NCBI GenBank assembly: GCA_902776305.1
Contig: CACYPS010000036.1
Location: 15,051-79,050, forward strand
DNA from: an uncultured Lachnospiraceae bacterium
Lineage (GTDB): Bacteria; Bacillota; Clostridia; Lachnospirales; Lachnospiraceae
Length of the DNA: 64,000 nt
Reading direction: 5' to 3'
The notes below the pieces were generated by a model. The model saw nothing but the letters and a program-made list of their open reading frames with translations. It did not search any database and was not told where the DNA came from. Numbering within the stretch: position 1 is the first letter of the stretch; each line of letters starts with the position of its first letter. The position numbers and the translations under genes are program-made. Below, piece by piece: positions 27,496 to 37,553 of this stretch.

Positions 27496-29247
27496 ATGAC
27501 CGATAGAGGAAAACAAAACAGTGCCATGCCGGGGCTTCTTGTTATAGCTTTTAGCATTGCGCTGATCATGGTATTCGCCTCCAACTTCTATTTTATCTTC
27601 GCGATGCCATATCAAAAAAGCTACCGTGAGATGACGATGATCAAATACGCGGTTGACTTCTCAAGGGGACTTAACCCGTATAGTGCAGCTCTGCTCAAAG
27701 CAGAGCTGCCGTTCAACTCCGGGTGTTATGCATTTCTGCAGTCGTTTATTACCGGATTTATCCTGAGATTCTTTCCGGTGAGCCGCGCATTGACGGTCTC
27801 CGAAGTATTCAGCAAATGCATCGATGCGGGAGCAGCTCTCCTTGTCTATCTGACGGTGAGGAAACACGGCTGCGAGCGATGGATATCTTTGCTTGCGGCA
27901 CTGATTTCGGCGCGCATTGTCTCTGCATGCACTGCCTATCCGCATTCGCTCGGCATGCTGCTGGTATATTTGCTCGCGTTCCTGATCACGAGGGATACTG
28001 TGAAAAATGTATACCACCCGTTTCTCTACGCGGTCATCGTGATACTTGCATTTTACTCGAAGCAGTATTTCCTTCTGCTGGGACCGTGCCTTTTTGTGTA
28101 TCTGCTGTTCCGCTCTCTGCGGGATGCCGTGAAGCTCGCGATTTATGGGCTGGCGATCGGATTCGGGTCGCTGTTTTTCATCGACCGTGTATTCCCGCTC
28201 TACCTGCCGCTCGTGCTGGTCAGGGCCAACATCGATTCCAACATGCACGGAATTCTGTATATTCTGAAGCAGATTGCAACCGTTGTTGCCATCAAATATC
28301 CGGATGTGGCGATACTCAGCCTTGGCGCGCTTTTCATCGTGGTGCCCGCGCTCTGCGCGAAGTACCGCGAGCAGTGCGGAACGGCCGTGCAGAAGACATG
28401 GGCTCTGTGCAAGTGTCTTTCCTATGAGGAGGTCTGTCTGCTTGTCTCCGTCCTGCCCGTCACATATATCTCAAGAAATCACGGGCAGTTCTGCGAATAC
28501 TACGAGCAGCTGATGGTGCCATATGCGATCATCTGGGGCTGCGTAATCATGGACAGAGTCATGAAGGGATCTTATTCGGATGAGAAAGGAAAGCAGTTTC
28601 TTCAAGCAGATCAATCAGGAAATTGCGACATGAAGGTATCTCATTCGGATGAGAAAGGAAAGCAGTTTCTTCAAGCAGATCGATCAGGAATTTGCGATAT
28701 GAAGGGATCTCATTCGGAAAAGACCGGTAAGGCAGTTCGAATACTGATGATCGCCGCGGCGGCATGCGGGGTCTTTCTGACGCTTAGCCGGATCCCGGTC
28801 GTGTATTTCCGTACGGATATTGCCGCTGCGAAGCAGACGTGGACCGATACAATAGATATAATAGAAGAAAATGCGCCTAACCGGCGCATCATCACCTCTC
28901 CCCTGCTGGCAAATTACTGCCTGGTAAACGACATCTACACAGATGATTACGGCCAGGCCCAGTATAACTCGGACAGGGCCATGAAGATCCTTAATGAGAG
29001 TCCTGTATATAATAAGTATTTCCCGGAAATGGCCGAGATCATCGAGATGACACTGAAATATCGGCAGGAGGTCCAGAAGCAGCTCGACGAGGGCTACTAT
29101 GAGGTGGTGGCCTTGAGCAGTGATGGCAGAGGAAGCCTTAATTACGATAATATGAGGATTGATGAGAATCTGTATAAGTCGTACGGGGTGAAGAGGCTGG
29201 CGGTGGGAACGTCGAGCTACTATATTAAGATTTATGTCAGGATATGA
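27496..29247 (+). CDS. Polytopic GT-C-like (ArnT/PMT-like) glycosyltransferase
   Basis: Many TM segments; PHSLGMLL and AFYSKQYF motifs; soluble C-terminal domain. Confidence 0.6.
   Translation: MTDRGKQNSAMPGLLVIAFSIALIMVFASNFYFIFAMPYQKSYREMTMIKYAVDFSRGLNPYSAALLKAELPFNSGCYAFLQSFITGFILRFFPVSRALTVSEVFSKCIDAGAALLVYLTVRKHGCERWISLLAALISARIVSACTAYPHSLGMLLVYLLAFLITRDTVKNVYHPFLYAVIVILAFYSKQYFLLLGPCLFVYLLFRSLRDAVKLAIYGLAIGFGSLFFIDRVFPLYLPLVLVRANIDSNMHGILYILKQIATVVAIKYPDVAILSLGALFIVVPALCAKYREQCGTAVQKTWALCKCLSYEEVCLLVSVLPVTYISRNHGQFCEYYEQLMVPYAIIWGCVIMDRVMKGSYSDEKGKQFLQADQSGNCDMKVSHSDEKGKQFLQADRSGICDMKGSHSEKTGKAVRILMIAAAACGVFLTLSRIPVVYFRTDIAAAKQTWTDTIDIIEENAPNRRIITSPLLANYCLVNDIYTDDYGQAQYNSDRAMKILNESPVYNKYFPEMAEIIEMTLKYRQEVQKQLDEGYYEVVALSSDGRGSLNYDNMRIDENLYKSYGVKRLAVGTSSYYIKIYVRI
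28561..28717 (+). repeat. In-frame 69-bp (23-aa) repeat, about 2.3 copies
   Basis: ATGAAGG at 28561, 28630, 28699; MKGSYSDEKGKQFLQADQSGNCD repeated. Confidence 0.9.
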
Positions 29248-29249
29248 AA

Positions 29250-29298
29250 GAGTTCCGGCAATAGGCGGACAGAGAAGAGCCGGAACTCCTTTGTTTTG
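29250..29298 (+). terminator. Probable terminator at the high-GC/low-GC boundary
   Basis: GAGTTCCGGC...GCCGGAACTC followed by CTTTGTTTTT. Confidence 0.6.
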
Positions 29299-29433
29299 TA
29301 TGAGAGTTTGTGATGAAAAAGAAGGTTTGACAATTGAGAGTAAGAAATATCGATATACGTGACAAGTTATTTGATAAAGAAAAGTAATGGAGGCAACGAA
29401 AGTATGTTAGCATGCATGAAAACATCATAGAGG

Positions 29434-29462
29434 TTGATAAACACCCCTGTAGATGTTATAAA
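29434..29462 (+). promoter_or_regulatory. Putative sigma-A promoter
   Basis: TTGATA-17 nt-TATAAA with an extended TG. Confidence 0.5.
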
Positions 29463-29588
29463 TGAAATTAATTGTATCATCTTTCGATTTCGGGAATTAT
29501 TATGGCTATGGTCTTTTACTCGAGATGATATCTCGGACTTATATTTAACGTTTCAGGTACAAAAGAACAGTCAGAGGAGGGGGATTTT

Positions 29589-30203
29589 ATGATTATAAGA
29601 TTTTTTGACAAGATGTTTGGACTGATGATGAAATGTCTTTGCTTCCTGTGTATTGTTATGTGCTGTCTTATGTTAGGCAGTAATGAAATCAAGAACATCA
29701 GCCACCCTTTTTTAACGGCGGTTATTGTTTTTGTTGTAAGCTTTTTTATTTTTAGAAAGATTTCCCCGTTTGCCGGAATGGTGGTGTGCTTGATCGCCTA
29801 CATGTTCTTTACCATGCGCGGTGAAGATGTGGGAACTATTGTCGCTAATGTAGAGGAAGTAGCTCCTTACATCATTGGTCTGGGACTTTTCTTGTTCTTC
29901 ATTAATTCTTTGGGTAAAGACAATTCAGAACCCTCCTCGCCCTCAAGGTCTCAGAATTCTTCCGAGGCTCGAGGTAGAAGCAGCTCAGAGATAGAAGCGG
30001 AAAGGCAGAGGGAAAAAAGGAAGGCATGGGGGAGTCCTGTCGGAAGCGGCAGCTGTCCATATCTTCTTCGTATCGATATGGGTTATTATGAAGGATGGAA
30101 TTGTTATCGGTGTGGCAGAACAGGGGCGACGTTTGATGATGGTTTTTGCCGGGGATTATGCTACTACGAGTGGAAATATAAGAACTGCCCCTCAAAGAAC
30201 TGA
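29589..30203 (+). CDS. Hypothetical membrane protein with Cys-rich C-terminal domain
   Basis: Hydrophobic N-terminal half, Ser-rich linker, six-Cys tail; GGAGG RBS. Confidence 0.65.
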   Translation: MIIRFFDKMFGLMMKCLCFLCIVMCCLMLGSNEIKNISHPFLTAVIVFVVSFFIFRKISPFAGMVVCLIAYMFFTMRGEDVGTIVANVEEVAPYIIGLGLFLFFINSLGKDNSEPSSPSRSQNSSEARGRSSSEIEAERQREKRKAWGSPVGSGSCPYLLRIDMGYYEGWNCYRCGRTGATFDDGFCRGLCYYEWKYKNCPSKN

Positions 30204-30385
30204 GCAATCGGATAAGAGTATATTAAAAGAGTGGCTGTCTGTAGAAGATCGTGTCTTCCGTTCTTTTAACGGAGGTGTGATACAATAGTTCCATTTTTTT
30301 AGCTAGGACGTCGACTTTTCTGACCTGATTCAAGCATATTAGTATATGGATGAAGCTGTGAATTCACCTGTGAAAAAGGCTTTTA

Positions 30386-30414
30386 TAGACAAGAATAATA
30401 GGTTATGCTAATAT
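30386..30414 (+). promoter_or_regulatory. Putative sigma-A promoter of the Tad operon
   Basis: TAGACA-17 nt-TAATAT with an extended TG. Confidence 0.6.
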
Positions 30415-30553
30415 TAATATACTATGATTCATGGTTTTTATCAGAGGGGAAAAAGCGGGACATAGTATAAATATGTAATAACAGATTCCCTGAAGTATGT
30501 CGAACATAGCTCGGGGAATTTTTAATTATGTGGATCAACAGTGGAGGCATGTT

Positions 30554-31633
30554 GTGCAGATTAAGATAGTAATATTATCCGAACAGGAAAGTTACACTAA
30601 CAGACTATGTGCGTACATCAATGAGCGCTACAGAGACAGCTTTCAGATGATTCGGGCAACTACTAAGGAAAATGCCATCAGGCTGGCCCAGGAGAACAGG
30701 GCAGATCTTTTTATGATGGACGACGGAGGAGATGTACAGCCTTCGGAGCTGCCCAAAAGATGTCTGTTTGTCCTTTTGACAGATAAGAAAGGGGTTAGCA
30801 AAATCGACGATTCATATGCTGTTTACATGTATCAGGCAGTACCCGCGATATGTGATGACCTGAAAAATATCTACGCAGCCGGATTGGACAGGGAAAAGGC
30901 TGAACTGAGAAGCATTTCAAATGGATATAAAAAAATAATAACTTTTATTCCGGGAGCAGGCGGAGTCGGAACCTCCACGGCCGCTGCTGCCTGTGCAACC
31001 ATGTTAGCCAATAAAGGGCAGAATGTATTATATCTGAACCTTGAGAAGAACGGAATGGCAGATCTCTATTTTAAAGGTCAGGGCGGATCTGATTTCGGAG
31101 ATGTCATCTATGCTTTGGCGCGCGACAACGGGACCGTGGGTGTAAGAATTGACAGCGCTATGCGAAGGAATGATCATGGGGTTTATTATATTCCTGCGTG
31201 CAGACAGGTGCTTGACATGGCTGATTTAAACGCGGGACATCTTGAGGAAATGTTCAAAGCCATAGAGGGGATAGAGAAGATCGATTGGGTCATTGTTGAT
31301 ATGGACTTTGAATTTAATGAAAAAGTTTACCAACAGATCATGAGGTCGCATGCAACGGTTGTTGTGACGGATGGCAGGAAGACGTCTGATGTTAAGACAA
31401 GAAGGTTGTTGCAGGGCCTGCAGGTATATGCAGATAAACAGTCTAAATTTCCGCTGAATCGCATATGCCTTCTGTATAATCGGGTCGGCAGTTATTCGAA
31501 AGAGCGGATCAGAGATATGAGTTTTAAGATAGTTGGAGAAATAAATCGCGTGAGCAATGCAGAGGTCAATGAAATTGTTCGATGGATTGCTGAGCAGAGA
31601 TACTCAGTTTTTTTGGATGTTTTCAGAATGTAA
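30554..31633 (+). CDS. CpaE/TadZ-like ParA/MinD-family protein with receiver-like N-terminus
   Basis: Deviant Walker A GAGGVGTST; VLYLNLE; directly upstream of cpaF. GGAGG RBS favours GTG 30554. Confidence 0.75.
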   Translation: MQIKIVILSEQESYTNRLCAYINERYRDSFQMIRATTKENAIRLAQENRADLFMMDDGGDVQPSELPKRCLFVLLTDKKGVSKIDDSYAVYMYQAVPAICDDLKNIYAAGLDREKAELRSISNGYKKIITFIPGAGGVGTSTAAAACATMLANKGQNVLYLNLEKNGMADLYFKGQGGSDFGDVIYALARDNGTVGVRIDSAMRRNDHGVYYIPACRQVLDMADLNAGHLEEMFKAIEGIEKIDWVIVDMDFEFNEKVYQQIMRSHATVVVTDGRKTSDVKTRRLLQGLQVYADKQSKFPLNRICLLYNRVGSYSKERIRDMSFKIVGEINRVSNAEVNEIVRWIAEQRYSVFLDVFRM

Positions 31634-31650
31634 TCGGCGGAGGCGCGACT

Positions 31651-32886
31651 GTGATTGAAGACGAGAAAAAAAAAATAATTCTCAACGTGCGTAATATATT
31701 AGATGAATACCCGAGAGCAGGGTATTCTGATATGGCATTTGAAAACGAAATTGAGAAACTTGTAATGCAACAAGTCGGAAAGCAATATTGTTCAGCTATA
31801 GAAAAAGCCGAAATGGTAAGGCAGGTTTTCAGTGCTTACAGAGGTCTGGATATACTAGACTCGATACTCAGCGATGCGACGATTACCGAGGTTATGATTA
31901 ACGGACCGGACAAAATATTTGTTGAGAAAAGCGGAAGAGTAAGGCGGATAGATGCGCACTTTGAGGATGAGAAGCGGCTGGCGGATATAATACAGAGAAT
32001 TGTTGCCAAGGCAGGTCGGGAAGTTTCCAGATCTTCCCCGATTGTTGATACAAGACTGGAGGACGGTTCTCGAGTGAATATTGTATTACCGCCGATATCT
32101 CTTGTGGGACCAGTCGTTACCATACGTAAATTTTCAAAGACGCCGATGACGATTGAAAAGCTGATTGAATATGGTTCAATCACTCAGGAGATAGCGGATG
32201 TTTTGAAGGTTCTCGTTGAATCCAGATACAATATTTTTGTATGTGGTGGTACGGGATCCGGAAAGACGACTTTCCTGAATGCGTTATCTAACTATATTCC
32301 CGCAGATGAACGAGTTATCACGATTGAAGATTCCGCGGAACTTCAGATCACGCATGTTGATAACCTGATTAGTATGGAGACAAGAAATTCCAACAGTTCC
32401 GGGGAAGGAGAAATTGTTATTAAGGAGTTGATTAAGTCGTCCCTTCGAATGAGACCTGACCGCATCATTGTTGGCGAAGTTAGAGGAGAGGAAGCTCTGG
32501 ACATGTTACAGGCAATGAATACAGGTCATGATGGATCTCTTTCAACAGGTCACGCTAACTCGACGAAGGATATGCTGAGTAGGCTTGAATCCATGGTCCT
32601 CCAGGGAGCCTCCGGAATGCCTCTTCCTGCTATCAGAAGTCAGATATCTTCGGCGCTGGATATTATTATTCATCTCTCGAGATTAAGAGATCATTCAAGG
32701 AAGACTATGGAGATAACAGAGGTACTGGAGTTGGTGAATGGTGAATACAGGCTTAATCCACTGTATGTGTTTGAAGAAGATGAGTTTAGTTCTGAAGAGA
32801 AAGTTTCGGGAAAACTTGTCCGAACGAAGAATCCGCTCCACAATGTGTTGAAACTGCAACTAGCCGGAAAAAAGATAACTATTTAA
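31651..32886 (+). CDS. cpaF: Tad pilus assembly ATPase CpaF/TadA
   Basis: [43 protein letters not shown]. Confidence 0.95.
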   Translation: MIEDEKKKIILNVRNILDEYPRAGYSDMAFENEIEKLVMQQVGKQYCSAIEKAEMVRQVFSAYRGLDILDSILSDATITEVMINGPDKIFVEKSGRVRRIDAHFEDEKRLADIIQRIVAKAGREVSRSSPIVDTRLEDGSRVNIVLPPISLVGPVVTIRKFSKTPMTIEKLIEYGSITQEIADVLKVLVESRYNIFVCGGTGSGKTTFLNALSNYIPADERVITIEDSAELQITHVDNLISMETRNSNSSGEGEIVIKELIKSSLRMRPDRIIVGEVRGEEALDMLQAMNTGHDGSLSTGHANSTKDMLSRLESMVLQGASGMPLPAIRSQISSALDIIIHLSRLRDHSRKTMEITEVLELVNGEYRLNPLYVFEEDEFSSEEKVSGKLVRTKNPLHNVLKLQLAGKKITI

Positions 32887-32898
32887 GAGGCCTATAGT

Positions 32899-33738
32899 AT
32901 GAAAAAGCAGGGACCGAAATATATTAAGTCGGAACTAAACACGCCAATGCTAAATTATAGGGAGTACTATTTTAGCATGCAAGAGAGATTAATGAATCTG
33001 CTGATAGGTTTTTTGGGAGGCGGCGTTGTAGGGCTGGTTTTTTATGGGGGGCTGTTCCGCGATGCTGACGGCTATCGAACGGCAGCAACATATATCTCCG
33101 ATATAATTATTTTTGTGATTGTCGGTCTGATCGGTTATGCAGTGGTGACTCCTATTAGGAAAAATTCTCTTCAGGAGAAGAGAGAAGTTATCCTGACGAA
33201 ACAATTCCGTTCTCTTCTTGCTTCTCTGGCAACATCTTTGTCCGGAGGTATGAATATGCAGGAAGCTATGACAGCCGCCCGAAACGATTTGATTCATGAG
33301 TATTCGAAAGAGTCTTATATTGTCGATGAGGTAGAGGAAATGTTGGCCGGCACGAGGAATAATATACCTCTTGAGGATACAATCAGAAGTTTTGGCGAGA
33401 GAAGCGGAATTGAGGATATTACTAACTTCGGAATAGTTTTCGCAATGACTTTTCGAACCGGTGCGAGCCTTAAAGATGTGGTCCGCAGAACAGATGATAT
33501 TATCGGAGAAAAAATAGAGATAAAAGAACAGATCCGGACAGCGGTCACCTCGAACCGTACGCAATTTCTTGCGATGATGATAGTCCCTGTGGGGATTGTC
33601 ATGATGCTGAGAGTCATGAGTAGTTCTTTTGCAGAGAGTTTTGCAACACCGGTAGGAATTATTGCAAATACAGTTGCGCTGGCGATATTCGTAGTGTCTT
33701 ATTTCTTAGGTACGAAAATTCTGGATGTGAGGGTATGA
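32899..33738 (+). CDS. tadB: Tad platform protein TadB
   Basis: T2SSF-like fold features (LATSLSGG, FRTGASL); located after cpaF. Confidence 0.85.
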   Translation: MKKQGPKYIKSELNTPMLNYREYYFSMQERLMNLLIGFLGGGVVGLVFYGGLFRDADGYRTAATYISDIIIFVIVGLIGYAVVTPIRKNSLQEKREVILTKQFRSLLASLATSLSGGMNMQEAMTAARNDLIHEYSKESYIVDEVEEMLAGTRNNIPLEDTIRSFGERSGIEDITNFGIVFAMTFRTGASLKDVVRRTDDIIGEKIEIKEQIRTAVTSNRTQFLAMMIVPVGIVMMLRVMSSSFAESFATPVGIIANTVALAIFVVSYFLGTKILDVRV

Positions 33739-33739
33739 G

Positions 33740-34603
33740 ATGGTCAGATTTATTCTATTGATAGCAGGTACTGCCCTGACACTCTTTTTCCTGATTATGT
33801 TGCTTGCAGGACGTAAATATGACAAGTATGTGCAGAATCTCGATGGGATGGAGTTCCCGCTAAAGGATCTCTTTATTGTCGGTTTTGTCTGGGCCTCTTT
33901 TCCGATTCTTAAATTAAAGAATAAGAGAAAAGAAAAGTTGGTTTATTCAGCCGGATTACTTTATGAGCAACAGTATGCCTCTTATTATGCCAACATTGCC
34001 TGGGTTCAGATGATAACGTATGTACACCTTGGGCTTGCACTCACTTTTTTGCTGGCCGCCCTGATATATCAATCTCATAACTATGTGTTGTTTGTAGGCA
34101 TCTTTATTACTGTGTTCGTGGCTGTTTATGCGCTTACATCAATGTCCAATAAGGTGACGGAACGAAGGGAGAACTGTGAGGCAGAGCTGGCCAATGCTGT
34201 CTCGACGATGGCGATACTTCTTAATTCCGGTATGGTTCTGCGTGATGCGTGGGCACTCGTCTCCAAAGGAGAAGGTCCTCTATATGAGCTGATGCGGCAA
34301 AGCAGGGCGGATATGCGAAACGGGGCCAGTGAGGTTGAGGCGATTCACAGATTCGGGAAGAGAAGCGATTCACCTGAAATTAAAAAGTTTGCAAGCAATA
34401 TGATACAGAGTATCGAGAACGGCGGACGCGAACTGATTCGGTTCATGGAGCAGCAATCCAATGAATTGTGGGAGGAGAAAAAACAGTTGTTGCTCAGGCA
34501 GGGCGAGCTCGCAGCAACTAAGCTATTAGTACCGATTGTGCTGATTTTTGTCGGCATATTAATAATAATCATGGCAGCGGCATTTGCAGGAGCGCTGTTC
34601 TGA
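33740..34603 (+). CDS. tadC: Tad platform protein TadC
   Basis: ILLNSGM..AW, ENGGRE, ATKLLVPIVLIF. Confidence 0.85.
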   Translation: MVRFILLIAGTALTLFFLIMLLAGRKYDKYVQNLDGMEFPLKDLFIVGFVWASFPILKLKNKRKEKLVYSAGLLYEQQYASYYANIAWVQMITYVHLGLALTFLLAALIYQSHNYVLFVGIFITVFVAVYALTSMSNKVTERRENCEAELANAVSTMAILLNSGMVLRDAWALVSKGEGPLYELMRQSRADMRNGASEVEAIHRFGKRSDSPEIKKFASNMIQSIENGGRELIRFMEQQSNELWEEKKQLLLRQGELAATKLLVPIVLIFVGILIIIMAAAFAGALF

Positions 34604-34639
34604 TATATATTTTATATTAATTTTACGGAGGAATTTACA

Positions 34640-34867
34640 GTGGATAAGTTGAATGAAATCTATTTGAGGGTATTTCTTTATGTCAGCGGAGTGATTCGGG
34701 ATTTCAAAGAGTCGGAAAGGGGAGATACGAACTTTATCTCCATGTTGCTCATCATTGCGATTGTTGTTGTTCTTGCAGGAGCTTTTTTGAAATTTGGAGA
34801 TAGTATTATGGATACGGTTACGAAACAGGTTGATGCGTTCTTAAATGGTCTTGGAAATAAAACATGA
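34640..34867 (+). CDS. flp: Flp1-like major pilin
   Basis: 75 aa; ERG|DTNFISML cleavage site followed by a hydrophobic helix; sits between tadC and the prepilin peptidase. Confidence 0.78.
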   Translation: MDKLNEIYLRVFLYVSGVIRDFKESERGDTNFISMLLIIAIVVVLAGAFLKFGDSIMDTVTKQVDAFLNGLGNKT

Positions 34868-34891
34868 TTGCCGCTTAAAGAGGACTGAAGA

Positions 34892-35614
34892 ATGGAGCCT
34901 TTTCTTGTAGGTACTTTATGGGGAATATGCTCTCTGGCGTCAATGGCAGCTGCTGTCAGATGGCATTTTCCCTATATTCGGAGCAGAACAGAAGGTGCGA
35001 CGTTACCCGAGAAGAATTCGACGATGGATTTTCAGGGCGCCTTCCTCGGTGAAAAAAAAGAACACGGGAATATCTTTCGAAGCAGATTGTACATAGCAGC
35101 TGTTGTGCTTCTTGCCTGCACGGCTGGATTCAGGGCGGACTTTTTTGCTGATTCCTACATAAGCCTTATCAAGCTTCTGATCGGTTCATGTGTTGTTTCC
35201 TGCGCGGTCATGACAGATTTGGAGTTTATGCTGATACCCAATTTTTATATTGAGGTATTACTTATAGCACGTGTTCTGTTACTATTACCTGAATACCTTA
35301 CTGACTCGACAAGTGTTGTGCCGAAACTTGTCAGCAGCTTGATCGGTCTGCTGTTCTGCCTATTCACACTTTTTATTGTCTCTGTTGTGACCAGAGGAGG
35401 GTTGGGATACGGAGATGTCAAGTTGGTTGCATGCCTGGCGTTTCTGACAGGCCTTTATGCCGGAATCAATACAATAATTTTGTCTTGTTTCAGCTGCGGG
35501 ATTGCAGCTGCTTATTTTCTTTTGAGCGGAAGAAAAGGGTTGAAGGATGCAATAGCGTTTGCTCCTTTCATCCTCCTCGGATATGAGGTAATGATTATAA
35601 TCGCAGCATATTAA
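34892..35614 (+). CDS. A24 prepilin peptidase (TadV/CpaA-like)
   Basis: Catalytic Asp motifs TDLEFMLIPN and GLGYGDVKL; AFAPFI. Confidence 0.88.
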   Translation: MEPFLVGTLWGICSLASMAAAVRWHFPYIRSRTEGATLPEKNSTMDFQGAFLGEKKEHGNIFRSRLYIAAVVLLACTAGFRADFFADSYISLIKLLIGSCVVSCAVMTDLEFMLIPNFYIEVLLIARVLLLLPEYLTDSTSVVPKLVSSLIGLLFCLFTLFIVSVVTRGGLGYGDVKLVACLAFLTGLYAGINTIILSCFSCGIAAAYFLLSGRKGLKDAIAFAPFILLGYEVMIIIAAY

Positions 35615-35634
35615 AAAGTGAAAGGAAACATGCC

Positions 35635-36966
35635 GTGAAAGTTACAAAAGTGCTGACAGTTCTTCTCCTGATTGTACTCACTCTGGGTGGGTGGTTCTCT
35701 TTTTTAAATGCAGATGGAGTTGCTTCGGTTGGTCTGCCTGATAAAGAGCGACAGGAAAGAATTGCTGTAGCACAGGATTACATAAAACGAGGTCTCTATC
35801 AGAAAGCTATTGCGGAATATGAATCAATCACTGCGGAATATGATAAGGAGGAAGACTGGCAGAGTCTTCTTGCAGTATATCAGATGCGGTATGAAGAGGA
35901 TGAACATATCCGCAAGGATTATCTTGATTCTGCGAAAAGAGCGGTCCGACATTATCCGGCCGATGTATCTATGTGCACAGCACTGATAAATATCTGCATA
36001 CCGTATGAGGAGTATGGCACGGCTTATCAGTATGCCCGTATGACTAAGGACGCCGGAGGTACGGGAGAAGACTTTGAAAAGCTGTACCGGCAAGTTGCCT
36101 ATTCCTATCAGCCGAATGACGGAGTTTATACAGAGGTTAGAACTCCGGTCAATCATTGTATTGCCGCTTCGGAAGGAGACTTATGGGGAATTATTGATAC
36201 CTCAGGCAAAGGGTATTGTTCGAGAAAATTTAGGTATGTAAGTAATGTAGGCGAAGATGGTGTCTATGTCAGATGCAGTGAAGACGAGAGTATTCTGATA
36301 GATGGCGATGATATCATACAGGGAAGGCTGGATTTTGTTCCGGACGATGCGGGTATTCTATCTGAGGGACTTATTCCGTTGAAGCATGGCGGTTCGTGGT
36401 CTTATTATAATGAACTCGGAGATAAGATTTTCGGAGAGTACGACGCGGCAGGTACATTTTCCGATGGAAAGGCCGCAGTGTCAACCGGCGGTAAGTGGGT
36501 ATTAATTAATCAGAACAACGAGGAAGTGTCATCTTCTTATGATAAAATTCTTCTCTCCTCTGACGGAACCTGGAACCGAAACGGCATTATGATTGCAGTA
36601 AGGGATGGGAAATATAATCTCTATAGTGAGAATGAAAAGCAGATCGGTGAACTGAACGCCGAAGAGATGGACAGGAATGAATCAGATCTGATCGCTTTCA
36701 AATCCGGAGACCTTTGGGGATATGCCGACAAAGGAGGGAACATTGTAATTGATCCGGCATATGAGGATGCACAAAGCTTTTCCAATGGTCTTGGGGCAAT
36801 CAAAGTCGGAGATGGATGGGGATTTATCAACAGGGCAGGAGAACTTGTTGTTGAAAACCGGTTCCTGGAAGTCGGTTACTTAAGTGATGAAAGTTCCTGT
36901 ATGGTCAAAGACTCCGGGATAGGCTGGTACCTGATTACTTTTAATAATCCGGATGCGTTAAAATAG
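35635..36966 (+). CDS. Exported protein with TPR-like N-terminus and WG repeats
   Basis: N-terminal TM; WGYADKGGNIVIDPAYEDAQSFSNG and WGFINRAG repeats. Confidence 0.82.
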   Translation: MKVTKVLTVLLLIVLTLGGWFSFLNADGVASVGLPDKERQERIAVAQDYIKRGLYQKAIAEYESITAEYDKEEDWQSLLAVYQMRYEEDEHIRKDYLDSAKRAVRHYPADVSMCTALINICIPYEEYGTAYQYARMTKDAGGTGEDFEKLYRQVAYSYQPNDGVYTEVRTPVNHCIAASEGDLWGIIDTSGKGYCSRKFRYVSNVGEDGVYVRCSEDESILIDGDDIIQGRLDFVPDDAGILSEGLIPLKHGGSWSYYNELGDKIFGEYDAAGTFSDGKAAVSTGGKWVLINQNNEEVSSSYDKILLSSDGTWNRNGIMIAVRDGKYNLYSENEKQIGELNAEEMDRNESDLIAFKSGDLWGYADKGGNIVIDPAYEDAQSFSNGLGAIKVGDGWGFINRAGELVVENRFLEVGYLSDESSCMVKDSGIGWYLITFNNPDALK

Positions 36967-37027
36967 GATACTTACTTGGAAAGAATGCCGAGGTGTTCTT
37001 GATTTAAAATGTTTTAGAGGAAAAGAC

Positions 37028-37468
37028 ATGATACGTAAGCTTTTTCCGGAAGGGTATCCGGTGGAATATCTGGGTGCCGCTTTTGTTTTTGTGTTTGTTT
37101 ATGTTCTGGAATTAATTATTTATAAAAAGATAGGCGGTCCCAATCGTCATGAAAAAAAGGTAAAAGAAGCAATAGCGAGAGGAAATGTAGTCACGGCGGT
37201 CTTGGCAGGAGACACTCAGTATCTTGTCAATGCGGAAAGAAGGAACACAAGCAGTGAGTATTATGCCGGATATGAATATGAGGTTAATGGCAGAAGGTAT
37301 AGAAAGGTAATACGTTTTAAGTCGTCACCACCTGAAACTCTTACGTTATATTATCTGGATAATCCGGGCAAGCCATTCAGGAAGCAAAAGCCTGCGGATA
37401 TTGCAACACTCCCGATGCTCATAGTTGCATTTATCGCAGGAATGGCCGTAGCTCTCATGGTAAGGTGA
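37028..37468 (+). CDS. Small membrane protein (DUF3592-like)
   Basis: TM-soluble (YEYEVNG)-TM layout. Confidence 0.55.
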   Translation: MIRKLFPEGYPVEYLGAAFVFVFVYVLELIIYKKIGGPNRHEKKVKEAIARGNVVTAVLAGDTQYLVNAERRNTSSEYYAGYEYEVNGRRYRKVIRFKSSPPETLTLYYLDNPGKPFRKQKPADIATLPMLIVAFIAGMAVALMVR

Positions 37469-37553
37469 GTAAAGAGGTTTCAGGCGTTTCAAGCAGTTGG
37501 AAACGATAGCTCGCATGTTCATGCGTAGATATGATGGAGGAGAAGTCAGCTTT

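Noticed and set aside
29250-29590. Integrative element or prophage boundary
   Set aside because: No tRNA, integrase, recombinase or flanking direct repeat is visible; only the compositional shift is supported.
30554-31633. Missing Walker A lysine in the CpaE-like protein as a novelty
   Set aside because: Degenerate Walker A motifs are already known in TadZ/CpaE proteins.
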